NCBI GenBank assembly: GCA_965218095.1
Contig: OZ244587.1
Span: forward strand, 6,286,490 to 6,350,489
DNA: 64,000 bases
Origin: Candidatus Poribacteria bacterium
GTDB taxonomy: Bacteria; Poribacteria; WGA-4E; PCPOR2b
Reading direction: 5' to 3'
This document shows, piece after piece, positions 10,209 through 19,081 of the stretch. Each line of letters starts with the position of its first letter. Positions within the stretch are counted from its first letter, which is position 1. The notes under the pieces are model-generated. The model was given only the letters and a program-made list of their open reading frames with translations, ran no database searches and was not told the origin of the DNA. The position numbers and the translations under genes are program-made.

Positions 10209-11045
10209 CTACTGTTGCTTTTTCTTCGGCGGTAGAATTCGTCTCTTGATCTGCTGGAATCGAGAAGAATCCCTCCTCAGATTGGATTTGGGCGGCAGGG
10301 CTGCGATTCGCGAACGGACATTGATGATCCGTTCATCAGTCGGCGGATGTGTCGAAAAGATCTGTTCGATTTGAGACGGTTGATTTTTCTGCAATTTGAG
10401 GAGTTTTTCAAAAAATGTCGCTATCCCTTCGGGATGGATGCCCGCGTCGTACATCTCCTGAACGGCGTATTCATCGGCTTCCGTCTCATCGTCACGACTG
10501 TACTTTATTAGCGTTCCCGTTGTGACAATGCCGGCGACTATTTTCTCTATTTGGTTTTGATCTTTTCCTAAGACGAGCTCCACCATCGCCGAAAGCCCGA
10601 GCTGCTTGGTCAACTGCTCGGCGCCGTGCTTCCCAACAACGTGACCAATTTCATGTGCGATTACCCCCGCCAACTCGGACTCAGTTTCCGAAGCGCGAAT
10701 AAGCCCTAGATTGACGTAGAGATAGCCGCCCGGCAGTGCGAAAGCATTTACCACATCTGTATCAACGACCTTGAAGTGGTAGGTGATGCCCTTCCGCTTA
10801 GAATGCTTCGCCAAGTACTGTCCGAGCTCAACGATATACGTGGTAACGACAGGGTCCTGGTAGACCTGGATCTCTTTTTCAATCTGTCCAGAAAAGTTTT
10901 TGCCAAGCTGAATCTCTTCCTGATCGGTAAAGAGGTTGATTTGGCTCACTACGCCGCAGCCGATGAGTCCGCTGACCGTCATGACGAGGAACGCGAGATA
11001 GATAATAGACTTAATTGTTTGAGTAATTGGATAGTATTTTCGCAT
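10209..11045 (-). CDS. M48 family metallopeptidase, lipoprotein-like (BepA/YfgC-like)
   Basis: VNAFALPGG, AHEIGH, YSRDDETEAD, STHP. Confidence 0.92.
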   Translation of the reverse strand: MRKYYPITQTIKSIIYLAFLVMTVSGLIGCGVVSQINLFTDQEEIQLGKNFSGQIEKEIQVYQDPVVTTYIVELGQYLAKHSKRKGITYHFKVVDTDVVNAFALPGGYLYVNLGLIRASETESELAGVIAHEIGHVVGKHGAEQLTKQLGLSAMVELVLGKDQNQIEKIVAGIVTTGTLIKYSRDDETEADEYAVQEMYDAGIHPEGIATFFEKLLKLQKNQPSQIEQIFSTHPPTDERIINVRSRIAALPPKSNLRRDSSRFQQIKRRILPPKKKQQ

Positions 11046-11103
11046 AAGGTTATTCAGAGACTTCTCTTTGCAGTGGATTTTAGATAGGTTTTATCGTAGC
11101 GCC

Positions 11104-11831
11104 TTAATCCTTTGCATCCCATAAGCTGTCAAAAAATGCCTTAAACCATTCCTGTTCACGAGCGCTGTCCAGATCCGCATTGTTTTCCAGATGTTCACGG
11201 CCACGGGGAGGCAATGTCCCAAGATCACGGTTCTTTTCCAACCATTTCCGACATTCGGTTTCCTCGTCACGGAGAGCGTGTGTGCACGCAAGGTTGTACA
11301 CGCCACTTTCTGGCGAAATTTCTTCGGCGCGAAGAAGTTTCTCTTCCGCTTCGGCGAGCAGCCAATCTGCTTCTTCACCGGTCTTGGTCTCCGCCTGGTC
11401 TGGAATGTCAGCAGGCTTGAAATACTGAGAGGTTGCAAAGTCGTATATAGCAGGAAACACTTCGACCATTGCACACGCCCTGGCAACAAGCTAATCAAAA
11501 TTGGTCATCAGGACCGGATCGATGTAGCCTTCCTTCATGAGTTGCGCGATCCTAATATGCGCCCAGTTAAGCTTCGCCTGGTCCACATAGTCAGCGATGA
11601 GGTCCCGTCTTTGCCCCGGCGCAAGTTCAGCTATGCAATTTGCGTACGTTTTTTCTTTTGCCCGATGATATGCCTGGGAAGATTCCTCTTCGATATCAAC
11701 AATATCGTTAGCCGTGGGAATTCCAGCCTTGACGGAACACCCAGCCCCAATCAGCAGGGTACATTTTCGTCCCCGATTTTTACGTTTTTCAGCGTGTCAA
11801 CAATGTCTTCTATCGTTTGTTGTATATCCAA
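11104..11831 (-). pseudogene. Degraded SIR2-like domain plus TPR protein
   Basis: Manual translation 11470-11790: TLLIGAGCSVKAGIPTA..KLNWAHIRIAQLMKEGYIDR..TNFD*, then TPR C-terminus VYNLACTHAL..DLDSAREQEWF; frameshifts, a stop and an internal deletion. Confidence 0.75.
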
Positions 11832-11871
11832 ATATCTCTTTCCTGGTTCAAAATCAGGGATAGTAGATGCC

Positions 11872-13146
11872 TCACCCTTCTGTTAACGACGCCAAAACAC
11901 CGTAGAAAGTCGGGAAGGTTTTGCTCACACAACCCGGATCTTTAATCCGAATCCCCGGCGACTTCAATCCAATCAGCGAAAAACTCATGGCAACGCGGTG
12001 GTCTTGATATGTATCGATTTCCGCCGGCGTGATCTTTGACGGTGAAATTTCGACGCCGTCCTGACGCTCGACAACTGGGACGCCAAGTTTGCGTAGTTCC
12101 GTAACCATTGCGTGGATACGATCTGTCTCCTGATGACGAGTGTGTTCGATATTTCGGATGATCACCTTGCTCTCCGCAAACGGGGCAATCGCGGCAAGGG
12201 TCAACGAGGTGTCAGAGATTGCTTTCATGTCAAGGTCAATTCCTTTGAGGTGATTTGGCCCAATCACTTCTATCCCATCATCGTATCGGTTGACTTGACA
12301 ACCCATCTGTTCTAGCACATCAACAAAATGGAGGTCGCCCTGCGTGGAATCCATACTGATATTGTTCACACGGACACGCCCCCCGGTGATGGCAGCGATG
12401 GCGAAGAAATAGGAGGCGTTGGAAGCGTCAGGCTCGATTGGGTACTCGCGCAGCTGGTAACGTTGTCCACCCTCAACATGAAAGGATTTGTAGTTATCGT
12501 GGGTCACGTCTACGCCGAACGCTTTCATCACTGACATCGTGATGTCAATGTACGGCGTCTTCATTTCTCCGACGACGTCAATCGCCATCCCTTCTTCCGC
12601 ATATGGGGCGACGAGCATCAGCGAGGTCAAGAACTGACTACTTTTGCTGGCGTCCAGTCGAGTTTTCCCACCTTTGAGTCCGTTTGCCCGAACGATTAGC
12701 GGCAGGAAGTCGTTGTCGAATTTTGAACGAACATTGACTCCTAATTGTCTGAGCGCGTCAAGCAAATCAGCGATTGGACGACTACGACGCATCGGCTCGT
12801 CCCCATCAATGAGGTATTCGCCATCGCCAAGCGCGACATAGCTCACAAGCGAGCGTGATGTCGTTCCTGAATTGCCGATGTAAAGTTCAGCGAGATTGAC
12901 GGGAATTTTGCCGCCATTGCCGACAACTTCAAACGTACATCGTTCTTCGTCGGCATCGATCTCAACCTCGAGTTTCCGCAAAGCCTCACACATATAGCGA
13001 GTGTCGTCGCTGAAAAGTGCGCCTGTCAGCCGTGAACGCCCTTCAGCGAGCGCGGCAACCAGCAACGCCCTATTGGTGTAGCTTTTAGAGCCGGGTGCCG
13101 TTACGGTGGCATCAATAGCCTTTTGGACGGGTTGGATTTCGATCAT
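11872..13146 (-). CDS. aroA: 3-phosphoshikimate 1-carboxyvinyltransferase
   Basis: PGSKSYTNR, GNSGTTSR, SSQFLTS, EPDASNA, QETDRI, DHRVAM, KTFP. Confidence 0.98.
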   Translation of the reverse strand: MIEIQPVQKAIDATVTAPGSKSYTNRALLVAALAEGRSRLTGALFSDDTRYMCEALRKLEVEIDADEERCTFEVVGNGGKIPVNLAELYIGNSGTTSRSLVSYVALGDGEYLIDGDEPMRRSRPIADLLDALRQLGVNVRSKFDNDFLPLIVRANGLKGGKTRLDASKSSQFLTSLMLVAPYAEEGMAIDVVGEMKTPYIDITMSVMKAFGVDVTHDNYKSFHVEGGQRYQLREYPIEPDASNASYFFAIAAITGGRVRVNNISMDSTQGDLHFVDVLEQMGCQVNRYDDGIEVIGPNHLKGIDLDMKAISDTSLTLAAIAPFAESKVIIRNIEHTRHQETDRIHAMVTELRKLGVPVVERQDGVEISPSKITPAEIDTYQDHRVAMSFSLIGLKSPGIRIKDPGCVSKTFPTFYGVLASLTEG

Positions 13147-13462
13147 CGACTTTATCGAACTTCCTATCTGCTTTTTCAGGTCCAATATCGTTCTCATATT
13201 CAAGCACAAGTCCGACATCTACGGGTTGAGTTCCACAATACTTTATCCAAGTCATATCATATAACCATTCCCCACGATCGCCTTTGTACTTTTTCGCCAC
13301 ACAAACATAGTAGCCGTTCTTTTTCCCAACACAACGGAGCCGAGTCATAACCCCCTTTGTCCAGGGTTCCGTTGGCGCATTGTACCTGAGATCCAGGTTT
13401 TTTACAGCATACGCCTCAAATGCTTTCAGGGTCGTCTGAACACTTTCGGATACTGTCATCAT
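13112..13462 (-). pseudogene. Truncated hypothetical protein (EWLYDxxW..LVLE, nuclease-like)
   Basis: ORF with EWLYDMTW and VGLVLEYE; its tail runs out of frame into the start of aroA. Confidence 0.4.
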
Positions 13463-13531
13463 ATAAACACACCTTTCATTTTAGTTTAAGATTTGTTACT
13501 CCCCTTTCGGGTAAAAGTCTGATAAGCCCCC

Positions 13532-15082
13532 TTACAGGACATTCCCATTACCGCATCCGTCCCTCAATAATCTCCTTAAAGCAGACCGGGCCTCTATGTT
13601 CCCTCGTTCAGCCGCTTTGCGAAACCACTTAACTGCCTCCACATCGTCCTGAACGACCTGATCACCATTTGCATACATCACACCGAGGTTATACTGTGCC
13701 TCGGCATGTCCTTGTTCAGCCGCTTTACTAAACCAGTTAAACGCCTGTGCATAGTCTTGGTCAACGCCCCTACCATTTGCATATATCCAACCGCGGTGAG
13801 TATACACTTGGCAAAGGTTATTCTGTGCGGTGGTACTACCTTGTTGGACGGCTTGGCTAAACCAGTTGATTGCTTCGTCATAGTCTTGGTCAACACCTAT
13901 GCCATTTGCATACATCACGCCAATGTTATTCTGTGCAGTGGTATCACCTCGTTGAGCGGCTTCTTGATAATGCCAGAACGTTCTCACATTGTTCCGACCA
14001 AAGCCGCCAATGTTATTCTGTGCAGGAATTTGGTTTTGTTCGGTGGCTCTGTAATCCAGCCTAACTGCCTCCACATCGTCCGTATCAATTTGCGGGCTTC
14101 TTGCAGGAGGTACACCAACCCTCGCAGACAGCACACTAAGATTAGCCTGGGCACCGGCGTGTCCTTGTTCAGCCGCTTTTCGATACTATTTGATTGCCTC
14201 CGCATAGTCTTGAGCACCAACGCCTTTGACATATTGATACCTCCAGCCAAGAGTATGCTGTGCATCGGCATACCCCTGTTCAGCGGCTTTGCGACACCAT
14301 TTGAGTGCCTCGCTAGAGTTCTGACTAACACCCCTGCCATGATGATACATCCAACTCAGGTCATATTGGGCTATGGCATGTCCTTGTTCAGCGGCTTTTT
14401 GATACCACTCGACCGCTTTCTCGTCGTTTTGAATAACGCCCCTGCCATTTGCGTAGCACCAGCCACGGATATAGTATTGGGCTGCGTCATCGCCTTGCTC
14501 GGCACGTCGGCGCAACTCCGTTACTTCGTCCGGCTCCGCGTACCGTCTGTGTTCTTCAGCTTCAATCCGTTCTTGATATTCGCGAACAATTTGTGATGCC
14601 GCCCCGCTTGAGTTACCTTTAAGAAATTCGACCATCATCTGCTCGGCAAGCCCCGCATCAGATCCATTTCCCCTGTTTAGAAAGTGTCGAATAAGGGGAA
14701 GGAATTGGTCAAGCGAATCAGGATAAATTTGGAGTTGGCCAAACAACTGAAAAGCCACGTTGTTCCTTTTGTCTGGATTATCCAATTTTGATAGCAGATA
14801 GTCGCAAAATTTACCGTTGAGCCGGTTTAACTGGTCGGTGGTTTGCGTATCAGGTAGAATCGTTTTAAGATTGGTGCTTTCTTCTTTCCCTTTCAAAAGT
14901 GTGTGGTGGTTTCCACAGAGTGTCAAGCCGTTGTCAAGTTCGGTGGCAAATTCAGGATATTTGTTTAACAGTTTGATGTGGTGGACTTCGAGATTCTTAT
15001 TAAATCCACATTGGCGACAAATATTTTCATCACGCTGTTTGACCTCTCGTCTCCACTGTTGATGTGATCTTATCTGTTGCAT
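13532..15082 (-). pseudogene. HNH endonuclease plus Sel1-repeat protein, in-frame TAG at 14186-14188
   Basis: N-terminal CRQCG..EVHHI..NGLTLCGNHH; multiple AAEQG.A.AQ..LG.MY..G.GV repeats; AIK*YRKAAEQG shows Trp to amber, in frame with 13532..14134. Confidence 0.85.
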
Positions 15083-15123
15083 AAGGATTCTCCATTTTAC
15101 TGGTTCAATTAAAAGCTACCTCA

Positions 15124-15935
15124 TTACTGATTCAACTTTGCCCGCAACTCCGCAACCGTCCCCATCCCCTTCGCAGAATTGCAGGTACCACACAACAGCC
15201 ACAAATTCTCAAAACGATCCGTCCCCCCTTACTGCGCGGAATCTTGTGATCAATCGTCAGATTCCGAAACGGGAAGAAAATCTTACAGTCCCTACACAAG
15301 CCCTCTTGCAGTCCAAACAGCGTGTGCTTATGGGTTCAGGCGGGTGGTGTGTCGCCCATGTCGGTCCGCTTCGGATAATCGTCGCGGGCGATAATCTCCT
15401 CGAACAGCCCCTGATCATCCTTGATGCGCTTGACGACCAACTCCGCTGCTTTTGGTGAAATGCCAATACCTACTCACCACCGCTGCAACCAATCCGCCGC
15501 TCCAATTTTTCATCAGAGCGAATAACGATGTTTCCTTTTTGGTATTCCTCCTCCAAGCGTTCTTTGCTCAATCGCCATCCGGATGGATGCGGATTCACGA
15601 ATCCACGCCATTCATAGCAAAGGTTCGGACGATCGCTCATACTTGGTGTCCTCCAAATATGGGTGAAGTCGTTGTAGTACCTATGCTCATTCTCGTCAAT
15701 GTACTTGAATTTCTTCGCGATTTCAGATTCTGTCAGTTGTCTTTCTGGACGCAATGATGCGGATGGAGATGCCGCATAATACAGGAGTATATCAGCGTTG
15801 TTGCCCCACAGTGAACTGCCGTGCTGGGACCCTTTTTGCGTAGACGTTGTACGTTTCCATGTTATCTCATTCCTGAAGTTGCGTATTCCAAAAACGCTAT
15901 CCATCACCAGCTTCAGATAATCAGGAAAATCCTTT
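15124..15935 (-). pseudogene. Degraded amino-DNA methyltransferase with C-terminal HNH domain
   Basis: YLKLVMDSVFGIRNFRNEITWKRT; after a deletion, GISPKAAELVVKR..LFGLQEGLCRDC..LTIDHKIPRSKG..NLWLLCGTCNSAKG, ending at TAA 15124. Confidence 0.8.
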
Positions 15936-15945
15936 AAGCCTGATT

Positions 15946-16890
15946 TTATCCACGCATATACCGCCAATCTGCTGACTCTGTTTTTTCGGCGTCATCTGCC
16001 TCAGAATCGCGCTTGGCTCCATCGACCATCTTGTCCAAGTCTGCCTCTCGTGCTCGCTGGATATCATCCTGATACTTGAAAATGCAGCCGAGTGTTTCAT
16101 CAACGAGGTCTGGATCTAACCCATTCTTACCCAGTGCGATGAGTGCTAACCCCCAATCCAACGTCTCTGCGACTCCCGGTTTTTTGTAGTAATCCCCACC
16201 CCTAAACATCTGCATCAGTTGGCACAATTGTTGAGCGAGCACCTCGTTGATATGTGGGAGCTTGGTTTTAACGATCAACAACTCCCTCTCAACAGAGGGA
16301 TAATCGATCCACTGATAGAGGCATCGACGTTTCAGGGCTTCGTGAATTTCCCGTGTGCGATTTGAGGTCAGCACGACATAAGGGATATGTTTCGCCTGGA
16401 GGGTCCCGATTTCTGGAATAGTGATTTGAAAATCAGATAGAATTTCGAGAAGAAACGCTTCAAATTCGCTATCACTCCGATCCACTTCGTCAATGAGAAG
16501 CACGGGAGGGGCTGCACCATCACTCTGAATGGCTTCGAGGAGTGGACGTTTTAACAGAAATGCCTCGCTGAAGAGGTCCACGCCGATCTGCTCCTTATCG
16601 ACGCCCCGTGCTTCGTCGATCCGCAGTTGAAGAATTTGCTTCGTATAATTCCATTCATACAACGCGCTATTGACATCAAGTCCTTCGTAACACTGCAAAC
16701 GGATGAGCTTGCCCCCTGTCGCACCCGCCAACACTTTCGCAACCTCTGTTTTCCCGACGCCGGGTTCCCCCTCCAGGAAAATTGGTTTTTTCAGGTGATG
16801 CGCTAAGTAAATCGTCGTCGCCAGCGCCCGATCTGTAATGTAATTCTGTTCCGAAAATGCGTTCTGCACTTCTTCGATTGATTCAACCAT
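15946..16890 (-). CDS. MoxR-family AAA+ ATPase, CoxD-like
   Basis: LEGEPGVGKT, RLQCYEGLD, YEWNY, LLIDEVD, TSNRTRE, PGVAETLDW. Confidence 0.9.
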   Translation of the reverse strand: MVESIEEVQNAFSEQNYITDRALATTIYLAHHLKKPIFLEGEPGVGKTEVAKVLAGATGGKLIRLQCYEGLDVNSALYEWNYTKQILQLRIDEARGVDKEQIGVDLFSEAFLLKRPLLEAIQSDGAAPPVLLIDEVDRSDSEFEAFLLEILSDFQITIPEIGTLQAKHIPYVVLTSNRTREIHEALKRRCLYQWIDYPSVERELLIVKTKLPHINEVLAQQLCQLMQMFRGGDYYKKPGVAETLDWGLALIALGKNGLDPDLVDETLGCIFKYQDDIQRAREADLDKMVDGAKRDSEADDAEKTESADWRYMRG

Positions 16891-16974
16891 TTATTGTTCC
16901 TTATATATTTTTGTGATTTTAGGGCTTAGGCATCAGGAATAAGCAAACACCTGATAACCTGATGCCTACCTACT

Positions 16975-17577
16975 TTAATGTGTTGATTCCTGTAATGCCT
17001 GCTCGTAATCTTCCCGATAATCGATGTCCCTCAATACGCGATCCGTATCAACAGTTACATACTGAATGTGATCTGTATATCTTCGGAAAAGCGACCTGAT
17101 ACCCCTACTTTTCTCATCGAGTGCGAGGATATCGGCGACATACTGTCGATTGAAGACAACAGGATGCCCGCGCCGATAGTTATAACTCGGCACTACAATC
17201 CCGGCTGTTGTTTGGGTATATGCGTCAATGACCAGATCAATGAGATCCGACGTGATAAGCGGCAGATCTACCAGTGTCAACGCAAACGCATCAGCGGATT
17301 CTGAAATCGACCGCACACCGCACTGCGCGGAGGTCAGCATTCCCACCTGATAATCAGGGTTGAATGCGATTTTGATCGGTTTATGCTGGATATGTGCTTT
17401 GATCTTGTCCGCTTCATGTCCAACGACAACGATCACCTCAGCGAGTTTCGATCCAAACAGGTTATCGATCACGGTTTCAATAATCGTGCTACCGCCGAAA
17501 GGAAGGAGTTGCTTAGGTTCACCCATGCGGGTAGACAGTCCCGCGGCGAGGATGATGCCTGATATTTTGGGAATCAT
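16975..17577 (-). CDS. MobA/MocA-like nucleotidyltransferase
   Basis: ILAAGLSTRMGEPKQLL, NPDY..GM, RGHPV, DID; true start at ATG 17577. Confidence 0.88.
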   Translation of the reverse strand: MIPKISGIILAAGLSTRMGEPKQLLPFGGSTIIETVIDNLFGSKLAEVIVVVGHEADKIKAHIQHKPIKIAFNPDYQVGMLTSAQCGVRSISESADAFALTLVDLPLITSDLIDLVIDAYTQTTAGIVVPSYNYRRGHPVVFNRQYVADILALDEKSRGIRSLFRRYTDHIQYVTVDTDRVLRDIDYREDYEQALQESTH

Positions 17578-17580
17578 TTG

Positions 17581-17612
17581 CGTAAAACGTGAACGTAAAA
17601 CGTAATGCGTAA
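17581..17612. repeat. Short tandem CGTAAAA/CGTGAA-type repeats
   Basis: cgtaaaacgtgaacgtaaaacgtaatgcgtaa. Confidence 0.5.
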
Positions 17613-17639
17613 GCAAGTTTAAAAAAGTTTGTGCGTTAT

Positions 17640-17862
17640 TTCTGGTCGGATTGTTAGGATATGAAATGAATATGCCCAACATAAAATTACCGATTAACTC
17701 ATCAGAGCCGGCGACGATGACGATCTGTTCCTTATCAACCCCCAACTGTACTGAAAGTTGTATCCGCAGCAGGTCTGAACTTGGGTCCGGGTATCGGTGG
17801 AACTTGAGTTTGGCAATTGTTTCTGCGAGCTCTTGCCGAACCTCCTGTGTATAATCAAACAC
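17640..17862 (-). pseudogene. Remnant of histidinol-phosphate aminotransferase (HisC-like)
   Basis: RYPDP..LR..L..GV..I...GSDELI joined directly to ISYPNNPT (large deletion). Confidence 0.65.
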
Positions 17863-17889
17863 GATGAGATTTATCTTGCCGATCGGATT

Positions 17890-18150
17890 TCAAATCCCTT
17901 GAAGATCACTTTCATATTTTCCTGATGCCCCCCTCTGCTCATGTACGGCAGGAAATCCAACACGGATGCAGTAGGAAATTTTATCGGGATACTTTTCCTT
18001 TGCTTTTTTAAGTGCTTCAAGCGTAGTATTGCCTAAAAACCATTCTCCGGTTTCAGGTTCAATCATTGCTAACATTCCTTTGGCCCTTTTTCACGAGTGA
18101 ACTTTTGCCAGAATTTCCTTAGATGGTCTTTTGACTTTGGGTATTTTCAT
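17890..18150 (-). pseudogene. Small DUF5678-like protein with an internal TGA
   Basis: MKIPKVKRPSKEILAKVHS*KRAKGMLAMIEPETGEWFLG..AKEKYPDK..IRVG. Confidence 0.4.
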
Positions 18151-18197
18151 TTTTTATCCACTCCTTCACACCGGTATGGAGATGCTATAACTTCTCT

Positions 18198-18977
18198 TCA
18201 TAGATTCCACTTTACATTATCCACAGCATTCCGAAAGATCGCCAGACCGTCCCCTTCCTCCGGCAGCTCTTCTCGCGTCCAGCGCGGGTGATTGAATCGT
18301 GAGAGGAAGCGTTCCGGATGGGGCATCATGCCGAAGATCCTGCCAGTGGGGTCGCAAATTCCCGCGATGTGGCGATCCGATCCATTCGGGTTATCGGGGT
18401 ATTTTGGCACATTGCTGTTGGTTGAAGCATAACGAAACACGACCTGTCCATTGAATTCAATCTGATCGAGTACCAATGCTGGTGCCGTGAAACGTCCCTC
18501 CGCATGGGCAACGGGGAGGTAAACACGCGGCTTCAAACCTCGTGTAAAAACGCAGTGACTCTCTTGTGTTTGTAAGTGGATCCAACGGCACTCGAACTTT
18601 GCAGAGGTGTTCATGGCAAGGGTTGACTGCTGCTTGTTTTGCGAATTGAGACGCGGCAGCAAACCGGCTCGCACAAGCACCTGAAAGCCGTTGCAGATGC
18701 CGATAATCAGTTTGCCGTCATCAACAAACATCGTGAGCGGATCGGCGAGTTTGTGCTTCATCTCATTTGCCAGCAGAATGCCAGCGGCAACATCGTCGCC
18801 GTAGGAGAAACCGCCGGGAATCGCCATAATCTGATAGTCCATGAGGCCAACCTTACCGGCAATCAGTTGATTGACATGAATCAATGCCGTCTCTGCCCCC
18901 GCGAGTTGAAAGGCGTGATCTGTTTCATAATCGCAGTTCGTACCTGCGGTGCGAAGGATAAGAACTTTCGGTTTCAT
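18198..18977 (-). CDS. purQ: FGAM synthase glutaminase subunit
   Basis: GTNCD, PGGFSYGD, GICNGFQ, AHAEG, MMPHPER. Confidence 0.97.
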   Translation of the reverse strand: MKPKVLILRTAGTNCDYETDHAFQLAGAETALIHVNQLIAGKVGLMDYQIMAIPGGFSYGDDVAAGILLANEMKHKLADPLTMFVDDGKLIIGICNGFQVLVRAGLLPRLNSQNKQQSTLAMNTSAKFECRWIHLQTQESHCVFTRGLKPRVYLPVAHAEGRFTAPALVLDQIEFNGQVVFRYASTNSNVPKYPDNPNGSDRHIAGICDPTGRIFGMMPHPERFLSRFNHPRWTREELPEEGDGLAIFRNAVDNVKWNL

Positions 18978-19081
18978 TTGAATTGTCTCCTATTCCGTTA
19001 AGATACACTCCACGGTGCCCTTGTCAGCGATTACGTCGTCATCTGGCTGGCGCATGAATCCCTTCCCGATCCCCGTATCTC

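Noticed and set aside
14186-14188. In-frame TAG as pyrrolysine or a recoded stop
   Set aside because: It occupies the conserved Sel1 Trp (TGG to TAG), and TAG terminates normal genes such as purD
13532-14500. Periodic DNA repeats as a CRISPR array or diversity-generating repeat
   Set aside because: They are degenerate coding Sel1 units; no identical repeat-spacer pattern and no cas or reverse transcriptase genes. The same applies to the BNR repeats at 35072..36967
16975-17862. 295-aa ORF as a genuine HisC-MocA fusion
   Set aside because: The HisC part is a deleted fragment joined by a simple-repeat linker; the nucleotidyltransferase has its own ATG at 17577
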